Of a stretch of 42,299 nucleotides of DNA, positions 25,913 to 34,478 are shown one piece after another. Source of the DNA: Thermoproteota archaeon (GTDB lineage Archaea; Thermoproteota; EX4484-205; JAAOZP01). The DNA lies in the NCBI GenBank assembly GCA_038850115.1, contig JAWCMB010000008.1, positions 1 to 42,299 on the forward strand, given 5' to 3'. The number at the start of each line of letters is the position of its first letter. Within the stretch, counting starts at the first letter, position 1. A model generated the notes under the pieces. It worked only from the letters and a program-made list of their open reading frames with translations, had not been told where the DNA came from and did not search any database. The position numbers and the translations under genes were made by a program.

Positions 25913-27340
25913 TTATCCAATTATTTCGAGGAAGCCACGTATATTATCTTTAATCGACCGTATCAAGGGATGCCTTATTTTCCCAGGCTCCTCAAGGCTC
26001 TCCAGCCTAGATATCCTGAAGTAGAGAGGAGGATGTGGATCCCATCCTACCCATTCCTGAATAGCATACTCGCGCCGTGTTTCAAGCTGAAGCCTGCGGA
26101 AACCTATTTTCCTCAGCGCGTTGGCAAGAGTCTGCGGCTCACCTATTCTGATGGCAGACTCTAAATCAGCCTTGGACTCGAAAAACTTAGCTATGAAATA
26201 GACGGCTCCAAGAGCAAGAATAAGGTAGAAGTATCCTAAGAAGTATAGTAGCGGCCAGAAAACGTAAAACCTGAGAAGATACTCGATGGAGGTTAAGAGA
26301 AAAAAGATCAATGGATCTCTCCCTTTAAGATGACTGAACTCGTGTCCAATAACGCTCAGAATCTCCCTCTCATCAAGCTGGACGAGAAGCCCTGTAGTAA
26401 CCAGGATTACTCCACGTCTCGGCCAAGGCCCAGAGGCTGCCGCATTAGGCAGCGTCGTGTTAGAGACAACTATCCTGGGCACTGGAAGCTCAAACCTCTC
26501 CGCCGCCTGCTTCACAATTTCATACAGGTTCACAATCTTTGCCGAAGCCTTTTCAGGGTTACACTCCAACCCGTATTGTGATAGGACTTCTGCGCACGTT
26601 TCATAGTTTATTGGCTTCCTGAGTGCTAGGGTTCTGCTGTAAATATCTTTCTTAATCTTGGAGAATATTTCTACACCATGCTTGTTTAGAAAAGACTTGT
26701 ATTCTGAAACCGGAATATTATACTGGAAAACATGTATCATAGGGTTTTTCTCAGTGATCCGCCAATCCCCCATTCTCCCAATAATCCTATCTGAGAAAAG
26801 GATTAGGGTGAACTGCATTAATACGAGCGCTATTGGGGCATACGATCCCAGGATCAGGAAGAGAATAATGCTAAGCGAGGTGAACAAGATGAAAAGGAGC
26901 AGCATGCTTTCTGAAAACATCCGATAGACGAAATTCTTACGGGCCTCGAGAACCCTTTCAGGTATTATTTCTTCACCCTCAACCCAGGTGAAGTAGACGG
27001 TTGTTTTCCTACGCTGCTCTTCGAAAAATCTGACTGCAGTAACCAGGTTGCTTCTCAACCAGCGTACGGCTGACTCGGGGACCTCGCTGCTACTTAACAA
27101 CATTCTAACGTCGATTGGTTTTCCGATGCTTATCTGAACGTCGATATACCATTTCCTATCTGGATCGACTGCAGTAAAGTAGAGGAAACACCCCGTTTCA
27201 GAGACGCTTCTAACAACGTTCGTAAAATTCTTCAAATTGGGAGTCACGTAGTTCTGATATATGAAGTCAACTAGGCTCGTGTAATCTGAAGGAGTTATTT
27301 GAGCATCTATTGTAAAAACAAGAGTATTTTTCTCACTCAT
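25913..27340 (-). CDS. htpX: M48 family zinc metalloprotease (HtpX-like) with long N-terminal extension
   Basis: PNAAASG, VTTGLL, HEFSH zinc motif, ESKADL, LANALRKI, HPPLYFRI; TM segments. Confidence 0.88.
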   Translation of the reverse strand: MSEKNTLVFTIDAQITPSDYTSLVDFIYQNYVTPNLKNFTNVVRSVSETGCFLYFTAVDPDRKWYIDVQISIGKPIDVRMLLSSSEVPESAVRWLRSNLVTAVRFFEEQRRKTTVYFTWVEGEEIIPERVLEARKNFVYRMFSESMLLLFILFTSLSIILFLILGSYAPIALVLMQFTLILFSDRIIGRMGDWRITEKNPMIHVFQYNIPVSEYKSFLNKHGVEIFSKIKKDIYSRTLALRKPINYETCAEVLSQYGLECNPEKASAKIVNLYEIVKQAAERFELPVPRIVVSNTTLPNAAASGPWPRRGVILVTTGLLVQLDEREILSVIGHEFSHLKGRDPLIFFLLTSIEYLLRFYVFWPLLYFLGYFYLILALGAVYFIAKFFESKADLESAIRIGEPQTLANALRKIGFRRLQLETRREYAIQEWVGWDPHPPLYFRISRLESLEEPGKIRHPLIRSIKDNIRGFLEIIG

Positions 27341-27468
27341 ACTTGGCTTTCCACATCCGCCTCATTGGCGAGTCTCTTAAGATATAAATGTTTCATATGC
27401 ATTCAGGGCGAATGATGGCTTAAGATAAGGTTTATTTTAATCCCTATTGCTGAGGATATTTAGAAGTC

Positions 27469-28206
27469 TTGAGAGTGATAGTTCCCGCCGGAGGATTCGC
27501 GAAGCGTCTTCAACATCTTGGGGTACACATGGCGAAGCCGCTGGTTAAGGTTTGCGACAGGCCGATAATAGATTACACTATGGAGAAAATAATGGTCCTA
27601 AACCCGAGCGAGGTCATTGTTACTGTAAACAGGAAGTTTGAAAAGGATTTTAGAGAATGGCTTGGATCCAGAGGCTATGTTAACACGAGGCTACAGGTTG
27701 AGGGAAGTACACGGGAGGAGGAGAAACCTGGAACAATATTATCGCTAGCGATGTTGGTTGACAATATTGAGGAGGATGAATACCTGATTATAGCAGGCGA
27801 CAATCTTTTCTCCCTCGATTTAACGGAATTCCTAAGGTTCTACCGTGGTAAGAATGAGCCGGTTGTAGCGCTGTACGATGTTGGGAACATTGAGCTTGTT
27901 AAAATGTATTCCTGCGTCAAGCTTGCTGAAGACAGTAGAATAGTGGATTTCGTCGAGAAGCCTGTAAACCCGAGTTCAACCATGATTGCTACCGCTATCT
28001 ACATGTTTCCATGGAGGTCACTCATAAAAATCAAGAGATATGTTGAAGAGGGCGGGCACAGGGATAGTCCCGGGCACTTCGTATCTTGGCTATGCAGGAA
28101 CGAGCCTGTCTACGGCTATGTTTTCCGGGGATACTGGTTCGACATTGGAACACCCCGGACCTATGAGGAAGCCTGCAGGTTTATGGAGGGCCTTAGAGAA
28201 AAGTAG
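27469..28206 (+). CDS. Sugar-phosphate nucleotidyltransferase (NTP_transferase family)
   Basis: PAGGFAKRL, KPLV, AGDNLF, FVEKP, YWFDIGT. Confidence 0.9.
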   Translation: MRVIVPAGGFAKRLQHLGVHMAKPLVKVCDRPIIDYTMEKIMVLNPSEVIVTVNRKFEKDFREWLGSRGYVNTRLQVEGSTREEEKPGTILSLAMLVDNIEEDEYLIIAGDNLFSLDLTEFLRFYRGKNEPVVALYDVGNIELVKMYSCVKLAEDSRIVDFVEKPVNPSSTMIATAIYMFPWRSLIKIKRYVEEGGHRDSPGHFVSWLCRNEPVYGYVFRGYWFDIGTPRTYEEACRFMEGLREK

Positions 28207-28290
28207 CCTAAAACTATTCTTTAAAATTCTTAATGGGCACGCGCTAAGGAACAGAAAAGCTGGACGTGCTGCGGAACCGTTGGATGCGGC

Positions 28291-28303
28291 AAAATGTTTA
28301 TAT
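28291..28303 (+). promoter_or_regulatory. Putative BRE/TATA box of the aldo-keto reductase gene
   Basis: AAAATGTTTATAT ends 27 nt upstream of ATG 28331. Confidence 0.5.
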
Positions 28304-28330
28304 GTCTTATTAAAAAAGCGTTATTCAACA

Positions 28331-29341
28331 ATGGAATATGTCCGTTTAGGCTGGTCCGGACTTAAGGTTTCAAAGATCTGCTTGGGAGCCATGTCTTTTG
28401 GTGACCCTGCCTTGCAGCCCTTCGGGGGTGGGGGTTGGGTTTCCGGCAAAGAGGAGGCGTTCAAGGTTTTGAACAGGGCGTGGGACCTCGGCATAAACTT
28501 CTACGACACTGCCAACGTTTACTCGAGGGGAAGGTCCGAGGAGATATTGGGGGAGTTTCTGCAGGGGAGAAGGGAGGACGCGGTGGTGGCTACAAAAGTG
28601 TTCTTCCCAATGGGGGACAAGCCAAACGACTCGGGGCTTTCTAGGAAGCACATTTTGAGGCAGATAGAGGGATCGTTGAGCAGGCTTAAAACCGATTACG
28701 TCGACCTCTACCAGACGCACAGGTGGGACTATTCCACCGGGATAGACGAGACTTTATCCACATTAACCGATTTGGTACACCAAGGAAGAGTGAGGTACAT
28801 AGGTGCGTCTAGCATGTGGGCGTGGCAGTTCGCCACAGCTCTCTTCACCAGCGAGATGAAAGGCTATGAGAAGTTCGTAAGCATGCAGAACCTGTATAAC
28901 CTGCTTTACCGTGAGGAGGAGAGGGAGATGATACCCCTTTGCAAGACGCACAATATTGCGCTGATCCCCTACAGCCCCAACGCCGTGGGGGTTCTCTCTG
29001 GAAGATACTTAAAGGAAGGTAAGCTCGTCGTAGGTCCAAACGACAGTGAACGCCTGCAGCCGGGCACCGGGTTTTACGCTTACAGTGCCTACATCGAGCC
29101 TCCTGAAAACGCTGAGATAGTAAAGAGGGTTGTGGAAACCGCGAAGAACAAGGGTGTGACACCGACTCAAATCGCCTTAGCATGGCTTTTCCAGAAGGGC
29201 GTCACGGCGCCGATAATAGGCACCACGAAGGTGGAACACTTGGAGGAGGCTGTGGGGGCGCTGAGCGTGAAGCTGGCGGACGACGAGATAAAGTACCTTG
29301 AAGAACCTTATAGGCCAAAGCCGGTTTTACACATACGCTAG
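28331..29341 (+). CDS. Aldo/keto reductase (aryl-alcohol dehydrogenase/Tas-like)
   Basis: LGWSGLKVSKICLG, DTANVYSRG (D/Y), ATK, DLYQTHRWD, YIGASS, QNLYNL, PYSP, APIIG; true start MEYVRLG at 28331. Confidence 0.93.
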   Translation: MEYVRLGWSGLKVSKICLGAMSFGDPALQPFGGGGWVSGKEEAFKVLNRAWDLGINFYDTANVYSRGRSEEILGEFLQGRREDAVVATKVFFPMGDKPNDSGLSRKHILRQIEGSLSRLKTDYVDLYQTHRWDYSTGIDETLSTLTDLVHQGRVRYIGASSMWAWQFATALFTSEMKGYEKFVSMQNLYNLLYREEEREMIPLCKTHNIALIPYSPNAVGVLSGRYLKEGKLVVGPNDSERLQPGTGFYAYSAYIEPPENAEIVKRVVETAKNKGVTPTQIALAWLFQKGVTAPIIGTTKVEHLEEAVGALSVKLADDEIKYLEEPYRPKPVLHIR

Positions 29342-29455
29342 CAATCAAGTCTCGAAAAATTTACGGTAGGTAACAATTTCGAAAATTATGAGTGACGCGC
29401 GCCAACTAGAGGAGAGTCTAAAGATTTAAGAGATCTACGCCAGAATAATTGCAGG

Positions 29456-30604
29456 ATGTCCTCAAGATACGAGGAGCTCGGCGTAGACGTGAGCAAGAAA
29501 GGAGTGGGGTTTTTGAAAAAGATTACGGACGACGTTTTCCCCGAAGCCTTCTCCCCTGTGGTTAAGGATCCTTTAAACCCGGGCTGGGGGATCATACTGC
29601 ACACTGATGGCGCTGGAACCAAGCCGGTTGTCTCCTACATCTACTATAAGGAGACTGGTGAGGAGAAGTGCTTCGAAAAATTGGCTGACGACGTTGTCGC
29701 CATGAATGTTGACGATGCAGCGTGCGTGGGAGGGTTCCCAGTGGCTTTCTCAGACTATGTTGCTGTAAACCCTTTTAAAGTCCCCAAGCAGGAGCTCCTT
29801 AAAAGCCTGGCTAAAGGCTTCTCCAGAGTCTTTTCAACGCTTAGGGGGAACGGGGTCGAGGTTCTTTTCAGCGGAGGCGAGACGGCTGACCTGCCTGACA
29901 TTGTCAGAACATTCGACGTTTCAGGAACAGTAATGGCTAGAGTCGAGCTCTCTAAAGCGATAACTGGTGGAGACATCTCGCCTGGGAACATTATAGTCGG
30001 CTTGAGGAGCGGAGGAAGGTCAGCATACGAGGAGAAGGAGAACAGTGGAATAATGTGCAACGGGATTACGCTTGCAAGACACTGTCTCCTGGTTGAAGAA
30101 TACTTGAAGAAATACCCTGAGATAGGCTCAGGAGACATTAAAGGGTATTACGGCCGCTTCAAAATAGATTCCTTCGTCGACGAGCTTAACATGAATATTG
30201 GAGAAGCCTTATTGTCGCCGACTAGAATCTATCTGCCGATAATACTTGAAGTCCTAAAAAGGGTTGAGGTTAAAGCTATAATTCATAATACTGGTGGAGG
30301 ATTAACGAAATGCTTGAAAATAGGGAGTAACATAAAGTATGTGAAGGATAATCTTCCTGAACCAGATCCAATATTTAGACTCATTCAGGCTGAGAGCCGG
30401 GAGACCTCGAGAAACATGTATCGAAGCTTCAACATGGGAATAGGTTTAGAGATAATCGTCGAGAAAGGACGTGAAGACACTGTTGTAGATATATCTGAAA
30501 AGTTTCATGTGGGTGCTCAGGCAATCGGTAGGTGTGAGAAATCTTCTGAAGGAAACTCTCTGATCATTATTTCGGAGGATGGTAGATTCGAGTATGGCGC
30601 CTGA
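29456..30604 (+). CDS. purM: Phosphoribosylformylglycinamidine cyclo-ligase (AIR synthetase)
   Basis: YEELGVD, HTDGAGTK, VAMNVDD, GGETAD, NGITLARH, LLSPTRIY, HNTGGG, FNMGIG; purine cluster context. Confidence 0.88.
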   Translation: MSSRYEELGVDVSKKGVGFLKKITDDVFPEAFSPVVKDPLNPGWGIILHTDGAGTKPVVSYIYYKETGEEKCFEKLADDVVAMNVDDAACVGGFPVAFSDYVAVNPFKVPKQELLKSLAKGFSRVFSTLRGNGVEVLFSGGETADLPDIVRTFDVSGTVMARVELSKAITGGDISPGNIIVGLRSGGRSAYEEKENSGIMCNGITLARHCLLVEEYLKKYPEIGSGDIKGYYGRFKIDSFVDELNMNIGEALLSPTRIYLPIILEVLKRVEVKAIIHNTGGGLTKCLKIGSNIKYVKDNLPEPDPIFRLIQAESRETSRNMYRSFNMGIGLEIIVEKGREDTVVDISEKFHVGAQAIGRCEKSSEGNSLIIISEDGRFEYGA

Positions 30605-30670
30605 AACATTGAAATAATTACTAATGAGTTTGATGAAAAAATGGGCGAGAAGGACTGAAGATTAACTTAT

Positions 30671-30907
30671 TTACTGCTCTGGAGCGAAAGATATTAGAGT
30701 CTCCGTATGTTCTACGTGTTCAAGCTTCTCCAGAACCTCGTAGATCGTTTTCTTTAGCTCCTCTAGGTTCTTGGATTCTATGACCAATACCGCGTCATAT
30801 CTTCCTAAGACGGAGTTGGCCAGTTTAACACCCTTTATCCTTCTTGTCCTCACAACTTCTTCAGACGTGCCCGGCTTTGTTCTAACTAGGATGAATGCCC
30901 TAATCAT
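30671..30907 (-). CDS. Lrp/AsnC ligand-binding (RAM) domain-only protein
   Basis: AFILVRTKPG, GRYDAVLVIE, TETLI; 78 aa; no HTH. Confidence 0.85.
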   Translation of the reverse strand: MIRAFILVRTKPGTSEEVVRTRRIKGVKLANSVLGRYDAVLVIESKNLEELKKTIYEVLEKLEHVEHTETLISFAPEQ

Positions 30908-30913
30908 TTCGAG

Positions 30914-31147
30914 TCACTGTAGCACTATGGAGGTCTCCGTTCTAACTATGTTCGGAACCTTCTCAATAACCTCGTAGAGCAGCTTAGTTAATTCCTCAGG
31001 GCTCTCGGCTTCCACCGTCGCAACAACGTCAAACCTGCCGTAAATAGGGTCAGCCGAGTGAACGCCCTTAATTTTTTTGAGCTGACTAGTAACCTCTATG
31101 GATGTTCCAGGCTTTGTCACTATGAACACGTATGCTTTAACAACCAT
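30914..31147 (-). CDS. Lrp/AsnC ligand-binding (RAM) domain-only protein, paralog of neighbour
   Basis: AYVFIVTKPG, YGRFDVVATVEA, RTETSIV; 77 aa; no HTH. Confidence 0.87.
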   Translation of the reverse strand: MVVKAYVFIVTKPGTSIEVTSQLKKIKGVHSADPIYGRFDVVATVEAESPEELTKLLYEVIEKVPNIVRTETSIVLQ

Positions 31148-31240
31148 GGTTATGTATTCTCAAAGGAAGTATTTAATCTTTTTCCTCCTAGTATCAATAA
31201 TTACGAATAAAAGCATCGTGTTCGCGAGGAAAAGATTTTC

Positions 31241-31591
31241 CTACTCCACCCTAACAGCAGTCCCTACGGCGGTGATTACTATGAAGCCCTCCAGTATTTC
31301 AGATGTTTCGAAATCTATGCCCACAACTCCGTTTGCACCGATAGAGGCCGCTTTCCTCATCAGGTCCTCAAGGGCTTCGTTCCTCGCCTTCTCGATTTCT
31401 GAGAGGTATGCTTCCGACTTTCCTCCGACTAGTGCCTCTATCCCCGCTACGAATCTTCCGAGAGCGCCTCTCGTCCTAACTGTTTGTCCGAAGACCACGC
31501 CCAAGCTTCTCACGATTTTCATTCCAGGGATCTCAGGCGTTGTTGACAGGTAAATTTGACCAGGTGGCGGTGGTGGGGGTGAATACGCCAT
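31241..31591 (-). CDS. YbjQ/UPF0145 family protein
   Basis: STTPEIPG, LGVVFG, LVGGKSEAY, AREEAL-like ARNEAL, GANGVVGID, GTAVRV. Confidence 0.9.
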   Translation of the reverse strand: MAYSPPPPPPGQIYLSTTPEIPGMKIVRSLGVVFGQTVRTRGALGRFVAGIEALVGGKSEAYLSEIEKARNEALEDLMRKAASIGANGVVGIDFETSEILEGFIVITAVGTAVRVE

Positions 31592-31644
31592 GAAACAGTT
31601 AACGGTGGAAGCTAAATAAATCTTTCCTGTAACCCGAGAGCTTT

Positions 31645-31660
31645 GAAAAGTTTTTTAAAT
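31645..31660 (+). promoter_or_regulatory. Putative BRE/TATA box of purC
   Basis: GAAAAGTTTTTTAAAT about 20 nt upstream of the start at 31678/31681. Confidence 0.45.
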
Positions 31661-31680
31661 GCTCTTTAAAACATGTTGTG

Positions 31681-32610
31681 ATGGAGTTAGCGAACGACCC
31701 TTTAACTGGTGGAAAAACAAGGCTTGTAAGATACTCCAACCTCAGTATTGGGAAGCCTTTGAGGGGGAAGGTTAGGGACATATACGACCTAGGGGAGGAA
31801 CTCCTGATATACCACACTGACAGGGTTTCAGCGTTCGACATTGTCCTCCCGACACTCATACCCTGGAAGGGTGAGTACTTGCAGAAGCTGACTGTCTTCT
31901 GGATGAGGAGGAGCAGAAAGGTTTTTCCAAACCATCTTATAGATGCTGTGGATGAGAGGAGCATACTAGTGAGGAAAGCTAGGAGAATTAACGTGGAATG
32001 GGTTGTTAGGAAATACCTCTATGGATCACTGTGGAGGGCTTACAGCGAGGGCAGGAGGGAAATGTACGGGTTAAGGTTCCCAGAGGGGCTGAGGATGGCT
32101 GAGGAGCTTCCGGAACCAGTGTTAACACCTACTACGAAGGCTGATGTGGGCCACGACAGGGAGATCACCAGGGCTGAAGCCATAGAGACGAAGCTTCTTG
32201 ACGCTGATACTTGGCGCACGCTGGAGGAGGCTGCTCTTAAGCTGTACGAGTTTTACGAGGAGGAGGCCAGTAAAGCCGGTATAATAATACCCGACTTCAA
32301 AATAGAGTTCGGCTTCTACAGGGACGAGTTGATCCAGATAGACGAGCCGCCTACGCATGACTCTGCGAGGCTTTGGGCAGTCAAGTACTACAGGGTTGGA
32401 GAACCGCAGGAGTCGCATTGCCTAGACAAGGAGTTTCTCAGAGAATGCTTGAGGAGAATGGGCTTCATCGGAGAAGGGGAGCCGCCTGAGTTGCCTCAAC
32501 CAGTTGTTAGGGAGGTCGCTAAGAGATGCGTCGGAGCATACAGAGTGCTTGCTGAAGGCACCAGCGTTGATGATCTCGGTCTGCTTAGCGTCGATGATGT
32601 TATAGCCTAA
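31681..32610 (+). CDS. purC: Phosphoribosylaminoimidazole-succinocarboxamide (SAICAR) synthase, long type
   Basis: RGKVRDIY, TDRVSAFD, EWVVRKYLYGS, TPTTKA, DFKIEFG, LDKEFLR. Confidence 0.93.
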   Translation: MELANDPLTGGKTRLVRYSNLSIGKPLRGKVRDIYDLGEELLIYHTDRVSAFDIVLPTLIPWKGEYLQKLTVFWMRRSRKVFPNHLIDAVDERSILVRKARRINVEWVVRKYLYGSLWRAYSEGRREMYGLRFPEGLRMAEELPEPVLTPTTKADVGHDREITRAEAIETKLLDADTWRTLEEAALKLYEFYEEEASKAGIIIPDFKIEFGFYRDELIQIDEPPTHDSARLWAVKYYRVGEPQESHCLDKEFLRECLRRMGFIGEGEPPELPQPVVREVAKRCVGAYRVLAEGTSVDDLGLLSVDDVIA

Positions 32611-32850
32611 AGCCTTTATGAAAAGCTGTTGGGTGAAATTGTAGCGCACTCTATTGATTTGGATACGTTTCTGTTTACTGTATTAATATGATAATTGGAA
32701 CTACCTCGCCGAGATGAGCCTTGCATTATAAATATTATCGTTCGTTTTAAACAGACTGGAGATATACAGGCTTCTTAGCGAAGTTTTCCGTGTATTGAAT
32801 ATTTTTGGAAAAGATAATTTAGAGATGAGTAACGTGTAATATTTCAAAAC

Positions 32851-32863
32851 CAAAAGTTTAAAA
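32851..32863 (+). promoter_or_regulatory. Putative BRE/TATA box of the glycosidase gene
   Basis: CAAAAGTTTAAAA ends 22 nt upstream of ATG 32886. Confidence 0.5.
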
Positions 32864-32885
32864 GTCTATAGGATGCAGAGGTCAT

Positions 32886-34205
32886 ATGAACCCATCAGAG
32901 ATTCTTTCTTTTAGAATAGATTTGGCTAAAACCTATCAGAAGATTGATGGCTTCGGGGTGAATATAAACTCTAAATACTGGAATAATGGTGCATTGAAAC
33001 CTATATTGGACCTATTAATAGATGATCTTGGCGCGGTTCTTTTCAGAGTCGATGTTTACGGTAAATCTAATTGGGTGGATCCAAACAATATGTTGGGGCC
33101 GGCCTCCTTAACCGAGGAAAGTTATAGAAAAATCTATACAAGTGAAGTTTTTAAAAATGGTTGGAGTATGATGAAATATTTAAATGAAAGAGGAATAATG
33201 CCCTACATCACCGCTAGTGGAGTAGTCCCCTCTTGGATGACTAGCGACGGTGCGACTTTGAGCGAATATGGCTATTTTGCAGAGATGATGTATTCGTTTG
33301 TAAGCTGGGCGAAAAATAGGGAGGGTGTTGAATTTTCGCTGTTCGGTCCTTTAAACGAGACAGATATCGGGCCTCCAGAGGGTCCAAAAGTTAAGCCTGA
33401 AGAGTTTGTCAAGGTCGTTGCTGCACTAGACGAGCGTTTTAAAGGTGAATTGGAAAATATCAGGTTCGTTCTTCCAGAGCAGGCATCTTTTAATGCTGAG
33501 TATGTGAAACATCTAATAAACAACCCAACAATAGCTGGGAGAATAGGCGTAATATCCATGCATATGTACTCCAATATTCCTGTAGATGTTCTTAGAAAAT
33601 TTGTCGATACTTTGAGGAAAAGCCTCGGTGGTGATCGTAGCGTCTGGATGGGTGAATACGGTGATTTAGATCAGTCTGGGGAAATGGAGTGGTATGTTTC
33701 ATGGATATCCACATATAGGCTTTTCAACATCTTAGAGGCGGGATTTAATGGGGCTATATTTTGGGACGCGTTTGATAACTATCACGATCATGATGAGGCT
33801 TGGACCATATATGGATTGTTAAGGGTTGGACGGAAAATTTTCACTCCAAAGAAAAGATACTATGCGGCTAAACAAGTATATAGATTCGTCAGGCCGGGTT
33901 TTGTTAGAGTCGATACTAGTGTAGAGTCTGAGAAGGTGAGGGTCTTAGCATTTGCTGACAATAGAAGAGGAGGATTAAGCATAATTGGGATGAACCTTTC
34001 CCGCGAACCCATATACCTTAACGGGTTTTTGGAGGGGGGTTGCTCGAGGATTGAAACTGAAAGATTATCTTATTATAGGACTACTGAGGAGGAAAACTGT
34101 GTAAAGGTTGGAGAGTTGAATTTAAAGACTGAAAACTACCCGTATAATGGCATATTCTTCCAAGCCCCACCTAAAAGCATATTCACCATTACGACAGTAA
34201 AGTGA
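32886..34205 (+). CDS. Clan GH-A glycoside hydrolase, GH30-like, apparently cytoplasmic
   Basis: YQKIDGFG N-terminal strand, PLNE (acid/base Glu), SMHMY, VWMGEYG (nucleophile Glu), KRYYAAKQVYRFVRPGFVRV and C-terminal PPKSIFT; no signal peptide seen. Confidence 0.8.
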   Translation: MNPSEILSFRIDLAKTYQKIDGFGVNINSKYWNNGALKPILDLLIDDLGAVLFRVDVYGKSNWVDPNNMLGPASLTEESYRKIYTSEVFKNGWSMMKYLNERGIMPYITASGVVPSWMTSDGATLSEYGYFAEMMYSFVSWAKNREGVEFSLFGPLNETDIGPPEGPKVKPEEFVKVVAALDERFKGELENIRFVLPEQASFNAEYVKHLINNPTIAGRIGVISMHMYSNIPVDVLRKFVDTLRKSLGGDRSVWMGEYGDLDQSGEMEWYVSWISTYRLFNILEAGFNGAIFWDAFDNYHDHDEAWTIYGLLRVGRKIFTPKKRYYAAKQVYRFVRPGFVRVDTSVESEKVRVLAFADNRRGGLSIIGMNLSREPIYLNGFLEGGCSRIETERLSYYRTTEEENCVKVGELNLKTENYPYNGIFFQAPPKSIFTITTVK

Positions 34206-34437
34206 GTGGCATCCTCTACACGCCTGGAAAAGGCTTCAACCCCCAGCTTGTTGTCTATCGTGGAGGCTGAGTTGTTTACCACCAGCGAAAGTATTGACTT
34301 TCACCTCGCTCCCACCCGACCCGCTATGCCCAGCGCTATCCTTACATCGCTCAACCCGAAGCTTATGAAAGAAGCCCGCGACCCTCATCCGGCTCCCCTT
34401 TACACATAAACGTGCTAATTTTACAGGTTCATGTGAC

Positions 34438-34450
34438 CAAATTTTTAAAA
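34438..34450 (+). promoter_or_regulatory. Putative TATA box of the purF-purQ operon
   Basis: CAAATTTTTAAAA ends 28 nt upstream of ATG 34479. Confidence 0.45.
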
Positions 34451-34478
34451 ACATGCTGAAAATAATTGTTAGCTGTAA

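Noticed and set aside
28040-28330. 97-codon N-terminal extension of the aldo-keto reductase in the ORF track
   Set aside because: It overlaps the nucleotidyltransferase gene. Family similarity starts at MEYVRLG (28331), and a TATA-like box lies just upstream of that ATG.
30631-30658. TGATGA...CTGA pair resembling a C/D box sRNA between purM and the Lrp genes
   Set aside because: Only 18 nt separate the boxes, with no convincing second C'/D' pair; the region is better explained as convergent terminators.
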